64,000 nt of DNA from Macrostomum hystrix. Taxonomy: Eukaryota; Animalia; Platyhelminthes. Position numbers and translations under genes: made by a program. Positions within the stretch are counted from its first letter, which is position 1; the number at the start of each line of letters is the position of its first letter. The DNA is taken from the NCBI GenBank assembly GCA_950097015.1, contig CATNEN010000003.1, forward strand, positions 2,356,001 to 2,420,000. The letters run 5' to 3'. Positions 40,770-50,263 of this stretch are shown here, piece after piece. The notes under the pieces were generated by a model. That model was not told where the DNA came from. It ran no database searches and saw only the letters and a list, made by a program, of their open reading frames with translations.

Positions 40770-41855
40770 GAACTAGCCAGTCTATAGATCAATATCTAGC
40801 CAGTCTATAGATCAATAGCTAGGCAGTCTATAGATCAATAGCTAGGCAGTCTATAGATCAATATCTAGTCAGTCTATAGATCAATAGCTAGTCAGTCTAT
40901 AGATCAATAACTAGTCAGTCTATAGATTAATAACTAGTAAGTCTCTAGATCAATATCTAGGCAGTCTATAGATCAATAGCTAGTCAGTCTATAGATCAAT
41001 AACTATTAAGTATCTAGATCAATAGATACTTAACTAGTCAGCCAATAGATCAATAACTAGTCAGTCTATAGACTAATAACTAGTAAGTCTCTAGATCAAT
41101 ATCTAGGCAGTCTATAGATCAATAACTAGTAAGTCTCTATATCAATATCTAGTCAGTCTATAGATCAATAGCTAGTCAGTCTATAGATCAATATCTAGTC
41201 AGTCTATAGATCAATATCTAGTCAGTCTATAGATCAATAGGTAGTCAGTCTATAGATCAATAACTAGTCAGTCTGTAGGTCAATATCTAGTCAGTCTATA
41301 GATCAGTATCTAGTCAGTCTATAGATCAATATCTAGTCAGTCTATAGATCAATAGGTAGTCAGTCTATAGATCAATAACTAGTCAGTCTGTAGGTCAATA
41401 TCTAGTCAGTCTATAGATCAGTATCTAGTAAGTCTCTAGATCAATATCTAGGCAGTCTATAGATCAATAGCTAGTCAGTCTATAGATCAATAACTATTAA
41501 GTATCTAGATCAATAGATACTTAACTAGTCAGCCAATAGATCAATAACTAGTCAGTCTATAGACTAATAACTAGTAAGTCTCTAGATCAATATCTAGGCA
41601 GTCTATAGATCAATAACTAGTAAGTCTCTATATCAATATCTAGTCAGTCTATAGATCAATAGCTAGTCAGTCTATAGATCAATATCTAGTCAGTCTATAG
41701 ATCAATATCTAGTCAGTCTATAGATCAATAGGTAGTCAGTCTATAGATCAATAACTAGTCAGTCTGTAGGTCAATATCTAGTCAGTCTATAGATCAGTAT
41801 CTAGTCAGTCTATAGATCAATATCTAGTCAGTCTATTGATCAATAACTAGTCAGA
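40770..41855. repeat. Minisatellite, 23-bp unit TAGTCAGTCTATAGATCAATATC with a ~491-bp block duplication
   Basis: Marker AACTATTAAGTATCTAG at 41001 and 41492. Confidence 0.95.
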
Positions 41856-41920
41856 TTCTAAAGTCTTAGTCTTACTCCTACATGTAGCTCGTTGTACAAT
41901 ATCATATTCTTATGTTAATA

Positions 41921-42325
41921 TGGCTGCGTGCAGTCGTTCAGTCCATGGACTGGGTGGAAGCCGCACCCACCCTCAATTAACCCAGCTGATGCTGGTAACC
42001 AGTTAACAGCAGAGTTAAGTGTCTTGCTGAAGGACACAAACTTTTCCAGTGGAGTCGGGAATCGAACCCCGGACCTTCAACTCGTATTGACTAGGCTACA
42101 ACCCCCTACTTAAAAATATAATTAATAATAATAATAATTGAATACACTTCCCAATTAATTAAGTTAAGTGTCTTGCTAAACAATCATAGATTGTTCCAGT
42201 GCGGTCGGGAATCGAACCACGGACCATCGAAACTGTACACATATCCTAAAGCAAGACACATAATTCCGTTAAGGCGGTTAAGGCAGCCTCCATAGTTCAT
42301 GGACTGAACAGCTGTACACAGACCT
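41921..42325 (-). mobile_element. Cluster of degraded SINE family A fragments (about 41921-42107 -, 42160-42225 -, 42285-42325 +)
   Basis: Repeated AGTTAAGTGTCTTGCT...CCAGTG.GTCGGGAATCGAACC and CATGGACTGAACAGCTGTAC motifs. Confidence 0.75.
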
Positions 42326-42809
42326 AGCAAGTACCATGGAAAAGCAGCTTATTCGGCACAGCTAAACGTTGCTAATTATATTTATTTGTTTCAAGAATTA
42401 AAAAATCTATATAGTAATATTAAGCTACTTATAGTAGTCCCAGCAAAAAAGAAGAATATTAAATTATACAAAAAACAAAGGCAACAAAGCGTTCACAAGC
42501 ATCATATTTTAACCAATAAACCGAAAGTATTTTAGCAACCAATTATAGCAAATTGATGCACTGATTGTATTCAGACATAATTCACATGCAAACATACAAG
42601 ATAAAAATGCTTTGCAAGCATATTTTAATGCATTGTATAATATAATCACATTGAATATTTGAGGATTATTGGAATAGAGTTGATACTTTTAGAATTAAAG
42701 TAGAGAATTATAGGATTAGGGATCAGGATCGGTTTGGTATAAAAGAATTTTGGGATTAGGGATGACAGGAATTTTGGGGCCATGGGATTGCGTTACTGGA
42801 TTATAGGAT

Positions 42810-43062
42810 TATGGATGAAGATTATAATATTAGGTTTGATGATTATGGGAATAGGTATGAGGATTATGGGAATAGGTATGAGGATTATGGGAATAGGTAT
42901 GAGGATAATGGGAATAGTTCTGAGGATTATGGGAATAGGTATGAGGATTATGGGAATAGGTATGAGGATTATGGGAATAGGTCTGAGGATTATGGGAATA
43001 GTTCTGAGGATTATGGGAATAGTTCTGAGGATTATGGGAATAGTTCTGAGGATTATGGGAAT
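42810..43062. repeat. Minisatellite, 21-bp unit GAGGATTATGGGAATAGGTAT, just 3' of the POP1 stop
   Basis: Tandem copies. Confidence 0.93.
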
Positions 43063-43132
43063 TAATATTAGTATTAGGGATTTAGTGAGTCAGGATGAGT
43101 CCGTTAATCGGCTGATCCCCACAATGAGTACC

Positions 43133-44100
43133 TCAATGCCAGCTGGTAATCTCCAGTCTGCACAATCGCACCGCAGTTGACCTGGGATTCCGGAAAGCGA
43201 ACCTGCCAGTCAGCTGACTGCCCCAGTTGGCAGCTTCAATCAGGCTAGTTAGTGAGGCCACGGCTTCGCCAGTTGGCCGGCCGAGCCTCATCGACTGTCG
43301 ACCGTCGAGCACGTCGCCGATTTGCCACCAGCTCTTGTCGACGGCGTCAGCTTTGGCAGCCAGAAGTTGTCCACCGGTTTGAGGCCTACCGCGGTCGATC
43401 GGATGAATGAGGACTCGAACTCCGGACGTAGCCAAGCTTGGCCTCAGCTGCAGCGCGTGACTCGGCAGGAAGCTGCGAATCGGCAAGCGACCGCGAACTA
43501 GACGATCCAGGATGTTCAACAGTCGACAATCTCGCAGGAGATGATCCACATTGTCGGGCAATCGGCGATGCTCAAGTCCGACACTGTCGGGAAATCCAGC
43601 AGGAAACGACCAGGCCGCCGAAGAAGCCGCAGCGAGACAGTCGGCTTCGGATAGGCCGGCCTCGCGAAGACCGCCAACCTGGACTGGACATCGACGCACC
43701 AGTGACAGCCACAGACGTCGGGCTGGCAAAGCGTCCAGTCCTTGACGCGACAGGACAATGTCCCAGTTGGACAGGCCGGCATTCATGCGACGAAGTAGGA
43801 CGATGCGAACGGATGATGCCGACGATGTCGAAGATTTTTCAACCGGTCTAGGAGCATCGATAGGAACGGAGAATCGGCCGACTTCAGCGAGAGGCGAGCC
43901 GGTAGCCGGCGTTGTCAAGGACTTGGACGACGGCAGAGTGGGAATGTCGCGGCGCGCCAGTCGATAATCTTGATTGAAGTGAAGCGCAGAGACTGTAAGT
44001 TCGACGCTGTGAACAATGACATCGCTGCGGTCGCCAGGCTGAAGAAGATTGTCGCGATTTCGCCAACGACTCCATTGAGCTTCATCGTCGGCGGTGAGGC
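43133..44100 (-). CDS. POP1: POP1 coding exon 3 (POPLD and C-terminal region) to stop
   Basis: Acceptor CGCGCAG|, phase 1, open through to TGA at 43133. POPLD-like motifs WDIVL, LWLSL, VGGLRE and FPAGFPD; C-terminal FRNP. Confidence 0.88.
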
Positions 44101-44244
44101 CTGCGCGAAAGGTTAAAGAGGGTTATTTTTAGGGGATTTGGGAGAAGGGATACGAGTATATGGTGAGGATGTTTGGGATAACTATCTAAAGATGTACAGG
44201 TAGGATAATGCAGGCAGAGTGAGATTATTGATTGGGGAAGGCTT

Positions 44245-45203
44245 AAGATTATCAATTTTAAGAAATGAGCGGGATTATTTTTTTTTTGAAGGTTTTGCTT
44301 TATTGACTTTGAGGAAGGTTTGGGATTATCGATTTCGGTATTGGAAGGTATTGGATTATCGATTTTTAAAAAGGCATGGGATTATCGATTTTAAAAAAGG
44401 CATGGGATTATCGGTTTTGAAGAACGCATGAGATTATCGATTTTAAAAAAGGCATGGGATTATCGATTTTGAAGAACGCATGGGATTATCGATTTTGAAG
44501 AACGCATGGGATTATCGATTTTGAAGAACGCATGGGATTATCGATTTTGAAGAACGCATGGGATTATCGATTTTGAAGAACGCATGGGATTATCGATTTT
44601 GAAGAACGCATGGGATTATCGATTTTTGAAGAAGGCAAGGGATTATCGATTTTTGAAAAAGGCATGAAATTATCGATTTTTAAAAAGGCATGGGATTATC
44701 GATTTTGAAGAGGGTATGAGATTATCGATTTTTGAAGAAGGCATGAGATTATCGATTTTTGAAGAGGGCATGGGATTATCGATTTTTGAAGAAGGCATGG
44801 GATTATCGATTTTTGAAGAGGGCATGGGATTATCGATTTTTGAAGAAGGCATGAGATTATCGATTTTAAAGACGGCATGGAATTATCGATTTTAAAGACG
44901 GCATGGGATTATCGATTTTAAAGACGGCATGGGATTATCGATTTTAAAGAAGGCATGGGATTATCGATTTTAAAGACGGCATGGGATTATCGATTTTAAA
45001 GAAGGTATGGGATTATCGATTTTGAAGAAGGCATGGGATTATCGATTTTTGAAGAAGGCATGGGATTATCGATTTTGAAGAAGGCATGGGATTATCGATT
45101 TTTGAAGAAGGCATGGGATTATCGATTTTTGAAGAAGGCATGGGATTATCGATTTTTGAAGAAGGCCTGGGATTATCGATTAAGGAATGTACGGGATTAT
45201 CGA
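44245..45203. repeat. Minisatellite, 26-27-bp unit GGGATTATCGATTTTGAAGAAGGCAT (POP1 intron 2)
   Basis: Tandem copies. Confidence 0.96.
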
Positions 45204-45223
45204 TCTGGCAAGCTACACCTTAC

Positions 45224-45729
45224 CATCAGGCTTAACCAGAAACTTGTCCAACAAGCCAGCAGCAGCTGGACCAACTAATCGATAGCAGCTGAACTGATCG
45301 CGCTGCCATTTGACGGTCCCTTTGGAGCAGTTGTCAGCTGTCTGAGCTGAGGCATTAAGCTCCACAGCCAGAGCCTCTTGAATCATTGGATGACACCACA
45401 GCCAGATGGTCAACTCGGTCGGATCTGAGGCTGAGCTAGTCAAGCAGTCGAGTCTAACGGGTCCCAGGCACTTTAACGGATGACAATCCACTACATGAGT
45501 TACCAATTGAATGGAAAATTGTCGCTTCGTGTTTAGATAATACCTAAGGCGATTATTATCGTCCGGGCTTAATAATCGACTAAATCTATTCGCCAAACTA
45601 CTAGCAGGGCCGGAGATCAGGCAGGGACAATAGTAGGAGGCGTCGTAGAGTAAGGCGCCACGCAATGCGGCTCTGAGGCAAGGCCGGAGGGTCTTGTCCG
45701 TGGGGCGGTCAGCCAGACGGTAGCCCCAT
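45224..45729 (-). CDS. POP1: POP1 coding exon 2
   Basis: Acceptor TTTAG|. Reads (K)WGYRLADRPTDKTLRPC...LYDASYY...IWLWCHP...YRLVGP, which are conserved POP1 motifs. Donor G|GTAAGG. 506 nt, phase 2 to 1. Confidence 0.92.
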
Positions 45730-45829
45730 CTAAATCAGGTTGAAATGGAATGGGGATAACGTGTGACGACAATGACGAACAGTTTCTGGAGGTAGTTGGT
45801 AATATGAAAGTATTTTTCGGGATTTCAGC

Positions 45830-46220
45830 CAGATCAAAGAGTATAAAGTTGATGGCGGCAAGATCAAATAATCTGAAGTCGACGGCGGCAAGATGAGAAG
45901 ATTCAATGGCGGCAAGATCAAAGAATCTATAGTTGACGGCGGAAAGATCAAAGAATTTAAAGTCGATGGCTGACAGTTTAAAGAATCTAACGTCATTGGC
46001 GGAAAGAGCAAATTATCTGAAGACGTTGGCGGAAAGATCAAAGAATCTAAAGTCGATAGCAGCAAGATCAAAGAATCTAAAGTTGGTGGCGGCAAGATCA
46101 AAGAATCTAAAGTTGGTGGCGGCAAGATCAAAGAATCTAAAGTTGGTGGCGGCAAGATCAAAGAATCTAACGTCGTTGGCGGCAAGATCAAAGAATCTGA
46201 AATGAATAGCGGCAAGATAC
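45830..46220. repeat. Minisatellite, 30-bp unit GGCGGCAAGATCAAAGAATCTAAAGTTGGT (POP1 intron 1)
   Basis: Tandem copies. Confidence 0.92.
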
Positions 46221-46343
46221 AAGATAAGAGAATCTAAAGAAGAATGCAGCAACATCTGAGAATTCGAAGCGGATGCCGGGAACATCAAAGAGATTGGATG
46301 AGGATTTTAGCTTAAACCCGTGCTAAAACGAACTCCAACGCAC

Positions 46344-46735
46344 TTATTGACCATGTGAAACCGTTTCGCGTGCCACAGGTGAGTCGCAAGCCAATCGCTT
46401 CGCTCCTTAGCTAGCCTAGTCCGATTCCTTCTACGAAACAACCGTTTAAGTCGTTTCTTTTGCTGCTGCTGCTGCTGTTGCTGCTTTTTCAACTGCAAGC
46501 CAGCTTTGGCAGCTTCGCCGAAGCCAACTCGACGAAGTCGGAGCGGCAGTCGGCGGGGATTATGGCTGGCCGCCCTTCGGCGCATTCGCCTAGGCAGTCG
46601 TTGAAGCGCGTGAACGAAACCGCTGGAGACAAAGCCGAGCTGAGACTGCAGGTGCTGCAGCTCGGTAGCCCTGGCTGCGACAAAGTCCAAGACTGCGATG
46701 CCCTCCTGCGGCTCGCAGGTGAGATCATCGTACAT
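46344..46735 (-). CDS. POP1: POP1 (RNase P/MRP protein subunit), coding exon 1
   Basis: POP1 N-terminal motifs FVAARA, LQRLPRRMRRRAASHNPRRLP and WLATHLWHAKRFHM. Donor AA|GTGCGT (phase 2). Upstream acceptor TTTTCAG| at 46766/46765. Confidence 0.93.
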
Positions 46736-46774
46736 TTGGCGGCGAACGCCACGATTCTGGAAGTCCTGAAAATG

Positions 46775-47382
46775 ATGGAACAGGTGAGAGTACAGATAGC
46801 ACTGTGAAGGAACGGGTGAGAGAGTAGAGATAACCCGGTGAAGGAACAGGTGAAAAAGTAGAGATAACCAGGTGAAGGAACAGGTGGGAGAGTAGATAGA
46901 TAACCCGGTGAAGGAACAGGTGGGAGAGTAGATAGATAACCCGGTGAAGGAACAGGTGGGAGAGTAAATAGATAACCCGGTGAAGGAACAGGTGGGAGAG
47001 TAGATAGATAACCCGGTGAAGGAACAAGTGGGAGAGTAGATAGATAACCCGGTGAAGGAACAGGTGAAAAAGTAGAGATAACCCGGTGAAGGAACAGGTG
47101 GGAGAGTAGAGATAACCAGGTGAAGGAACAGGTGAGAGAGTAGAGATAACCAGGTGAAGGAACAGGTGAAAAAGTAGAGATAACCCGGTGAATGAACAGG
47201 TGGGAGAGTAGAGATATCCCGGTGATGGAACAGGTGAGAGAGTAGAGATAAGCCAGTGAATGAACAGGTGAGAGATTAGGGAGATAACCGGGTGAAGGAA
47301 CAGGCGAGAGAGTAGAGAGATAACCCGGTGAAGGAACAGGCGAGAGATCAGGGAGATCCGGTAGAGGAACAGGTGAGAGTAA
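46775..47382. repeat. Minisatellite, 32-36-bp unit GGTGAAGGAACAGGTGGGAGAGTAGA(TAGA)GATAACCC, between ANKAR and POP1
   Basis: Tandem copies. Confidence 0.95.
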
Positions 47383-47601
47383 AGACTGTACGAATACTTA
47401 TACGAATACCTAAAGAAAAAAAACAGACCACGTTTTTCTTAAAAATTAAAAGTGCGCCAGCAAATAACTCGTATATTTCTTTAATTAAGGCTTGTTTTCT
47501 TGATTTTGTTTTTTTCAAGACTTTAAAAATTTTCATTTTCTTGACTTAACAAAGCAAATTTAAAAAGAGACAATTCTAGGTAAAGCCTCGTTCTTCCTTA
47601 A

Positions 47602-47607
47602 TTTATT
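47602..47607 (-). terminator. Candidate ANKAR polyadenylation signal AATAAA
   Basis: TTTATT on the + strand, about 310 nt downstream of the ANKAR stop and after a U-rich 3'UTR. Confidence 0.5.
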
Positions 47608-47915
47608 AAATATGCGTGTAAGATAAGAAAACAATTGTACATTGTGTAACAGCTAAAATCTATACCTGTGTAAATATCACAGCAAAAAATGTAGTAAACT
47701 AAGGCCGAGTGTAAAAGTACTTAATAAAACAAAGAGAGAAACAAGTAGCTACCTACAAAAAAATAAAGACAGACAGACAAATTTTCATTTCTAATAAACA
47801 ATTTCATCTATTTTATCAACATAAAAAATTGGACGGATAAGAAATAAACAAATTGTTTGAAAAACAAAGTTCAAAAGCCAAAGAAATTTCCCACTGAAGT
47901 CTAAATCCGCTCCGA

Positions 47916-48096
47916 TTATCGCTTGCTTCCGGGTCGAACCAAACGATTAGCGGGCGCCGATTTACTGCGCAACAGTTTCTGCTGCTGCTGCTGCTGCTGC
48001 AAGACAGCAGCTCCGGCAGCAGAGGATGTCGGAGGTCTGGCTTTGGCTGTGGCAGCTCTGCTGGGAATTATCGGATGGCCTCCGTTAATCTCCATG
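47916..48096 (-). CDS. ANKAR: ANKAR last coding exon
   Basis: TTTCAG|(F)MEINGGHPIIP, resembling the ANKAR C-terminal LEKNGGPSIIP as I recall it; polyQ; TAA at 47916. Phase 2 matches the previous exon. Confidence 0.85.
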
Positions 48097-48144
48097 CTGA
48101 AACACAAATGGTGGAGAGGATTCGACTTGGGGTACTAGGGCAGA

Positions 48145-48552
48145 TGGGAGGATTGGCGACAGTCTGAGGATATGGGAGAATTGGTGACAGTCTGAGGATA
48201 TGGGAGAATTGGTGACAGTCTGAGGATATGGGAGAATTGGTCACAGTCTGAGGATATGGGAGAATTGGTCACAGTCTGAGGATATGGGAGAATTGGCGAC
48301 AGTCTGAGGATATGGGAGAATTGGTCACAGTCTGAGGATATGGGAGAATTGGCGACAGTCTGAGGATATGGGAGAATTGGTCACAGTCTGAGGATATGGG
48401 AGAATTGGCGACAGTCTGAGGATATGGGAGAATTGGCGACAGTCTGAGGATATGGGAGAATTGGCGACAGTCTGAGGATATGAGAGAATTGGTGACAGTC
48501 TGAGGATATGGGAGAATTGGTGACAGTCTGAGGATATGGGAGAATTGGCGAC
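48145..48552. repeat. Minisatellite, 28-bp unit GACAGTCTGAGGATATGGGAGAATTGGT
   Basis: Tandem copies; degenerate units continue on both sides of the SINE-B copy at 48601-48950. Confidence 0.96.
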
Positions 48553-48600
48553 CCAATTTGAGGATCTGGGATTATGGTTACCTAATCTGAGGATCTGGGA

Positions 48601-48950
48601 GGGGGCGTCGGTGGCAGAGCGGTTAACGCGTTTTCCGCTTGAACCAAGGTTCCGGAGTTCGATTCCGCGGCGAGGCCACATTTATTTCGGGCGCAGCCGC
48701 GGAGAGAAGGCTTGGGGGCTTGTCGTGCAATTTACGCCCTTAAGGGCCAACCTCCGAGGCACAGTGAGAGTGTACACTGCCTGACGATGAGAAAGTCAGG
48801 CCAGATGTACACACCTGTGTGAGCGTGTGCCTGCGTACAGTATCTGTGTGCGTGTGTGCTCAGGAGTCAGCGAAATGGGCAGAATTGCCTCCTCGCTGGC
48901 TGCGGGTCTAGTGTAACGAAATAATGTGCGCATTGCCCGCAGCCCTCCTT
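48601..48950 (+). mobile_element. tRNA-derived SINE family B, full length
   Basis: A box GGTGGCAGAGCGG and B box GAGTTCGATTCC. The ~350-bp body is closely similar to 49434-49801 (-) and 59129-59388 (+). Confidence 0.85.
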
Positions 48951-49028
48951 TAAAAAATTAAAGAGGATCTGGGAGAATAGTCAACCACAATCTGAGGATC
49001 TGGGAAGACGCTAAAGTCGACAACTCAC

Positions 49029-49405
49029 AACTGGCACGGCAGGCCAATCTTCTCGGCAGCTCGAAAGTCGGCCAGAAACTCGTCGCTAACTCGAGCGTCG
49101 GGCATCGGCAGAGCGGCTTCCAACTCGTGGAACAGGCTCGGATTCTCACGGCAGGCCTTCAGCAGCAGCCTGGCAGCCGTTCTGTTGAATGTGAGATAGC
49201 CCAGCACCACGGAGGCCGCTGAGCGGACTGTTGGGCTATCCGAGTCCAACAGGAGGCGAACCAGTTTGTCCAAGCCGCCGGCAGTCACGATGGCGTCCTT
49301 CAGGCCAGAACGAGAGTGGGCCAGAGAGGCCAGGTAGGCGCAGGCGGATTCCACCAGCTCTTCGGCTGCTGAAGCGGCGCTGCTGCCGGTTGAGGCTCGC
49401 GGAAT
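49029..49405 (-). CDS. ANKAR: ANKAR penultimate exon (5' boundary uncertain: 49405, or 49382/49379 if a microexon is used)
   Basis: LASLAHSRSGL...LGYLTFNRTAARLLLKACRENP...GLPCQ; donor TT|GTGAGT. The in-frame acceptor AAACAG| at 49406/49405 lacks a polypyrimidine tract. Confidence 0.85.
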
Positions 49406-49433
49406 CTGTTTGTTTGTTTGTTTGTTTCTTGGT

Positions 49434-49801
49434 TAATAATAATAATAATAATTGCAGGAGGGCTGCGGGCAGTGGCACATCATTTGGTGACACTAGACCC
49501 GCAGCCAGCGAGGAGGCAATACTGCGCATTTCGCTGATTCCTGAGCACACACGCACACAGATACTGTACGCAGGCACACACTCACACAGGTGTGTACATC
49601 TGCCCTGACTTTCTCATCGTCAGGCAGTGTACACTTCACTGTGCCTTGGAGGTTGGCCCTCAAGGGCGTAAATTGCACGACAATCCGCCAAGCCTTCTCT
49701 CCGCGGCTGCGCCCCAAATAAATGTGGCCTCGACACGGAATCGAGCTTAGGAACCTTGGTGAGAGAAGCAAGCGCGATAACCGCTCTGCCGCCGACCCCC
49801 C
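49434..49801 (-). mobile_element. tRNA-derived SINE family B, full length with (ATT)n tail
   Basis: Reverse-complement copy of 48601-48950. Flanking direct repeat TGTTTCTT(G/A)GTT at 49423-49434 and 49812-49823. Confidence 0.85.
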
Positions 49802-50051
49802 TCTGTTCGCCTGTTTCTTAGTTTTCTTGTTTTTGTTAAATTTTCGCTTGCTGTTTTTTACCTAATTTTTGCCTGTAGAGAACAAAAAATCCCAAATTCA
49901 AATAAGATATCTAAACCACCAAATGGTCCTATTTTTATATCAAGTCTAGATCTCCAAAATCCCACTTGTCAATCAGATATACGAGCGTAGATCGTGAAGA
50001 ATCCGTAGATCGCAAATTCCCAATAAAAAATCCCATAAAACCCATCACTAC

Positions 50052-50263
50052 CTTGAGCAGTCCGACCAGAGCCTGAATGCCCCTAGCCGTCAGGGTCACA
50101 GGATCAGCGTCCACAATGTCGCGAGTGAGCACCACTGATTGGAAGGCGGCGTGACATTTCGCTGCCGGATCCGGGCTGTTGAGAAACTCCTCCAACGCGG
50201 CGATGCTAATACCGCCGGCTTCTCTGATGGCAAACTGCTGCCGGGTGTTGTTGAAGGCAAACA
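50052..50263 (-). CDS. ANKAR: ANKAR exon
   Basis: CCCAG|VFAFNNTRQQF...AAFQSVVL...VTLTARGIQALVGLLK|GTAGTG; 212 nt, phase 1 to 0. Confidence 0.9.

Noticed and set aside
48778-48802. CTGACGA..GAAA.TC hammerhead-like core in SINE-B
   Set aside because: Only 3 nt separate CUGACGA from GAAA, so there is no stem II, and there is no stem III. The segment is better explained as the hairpin CCTGAC/GTCAGG.
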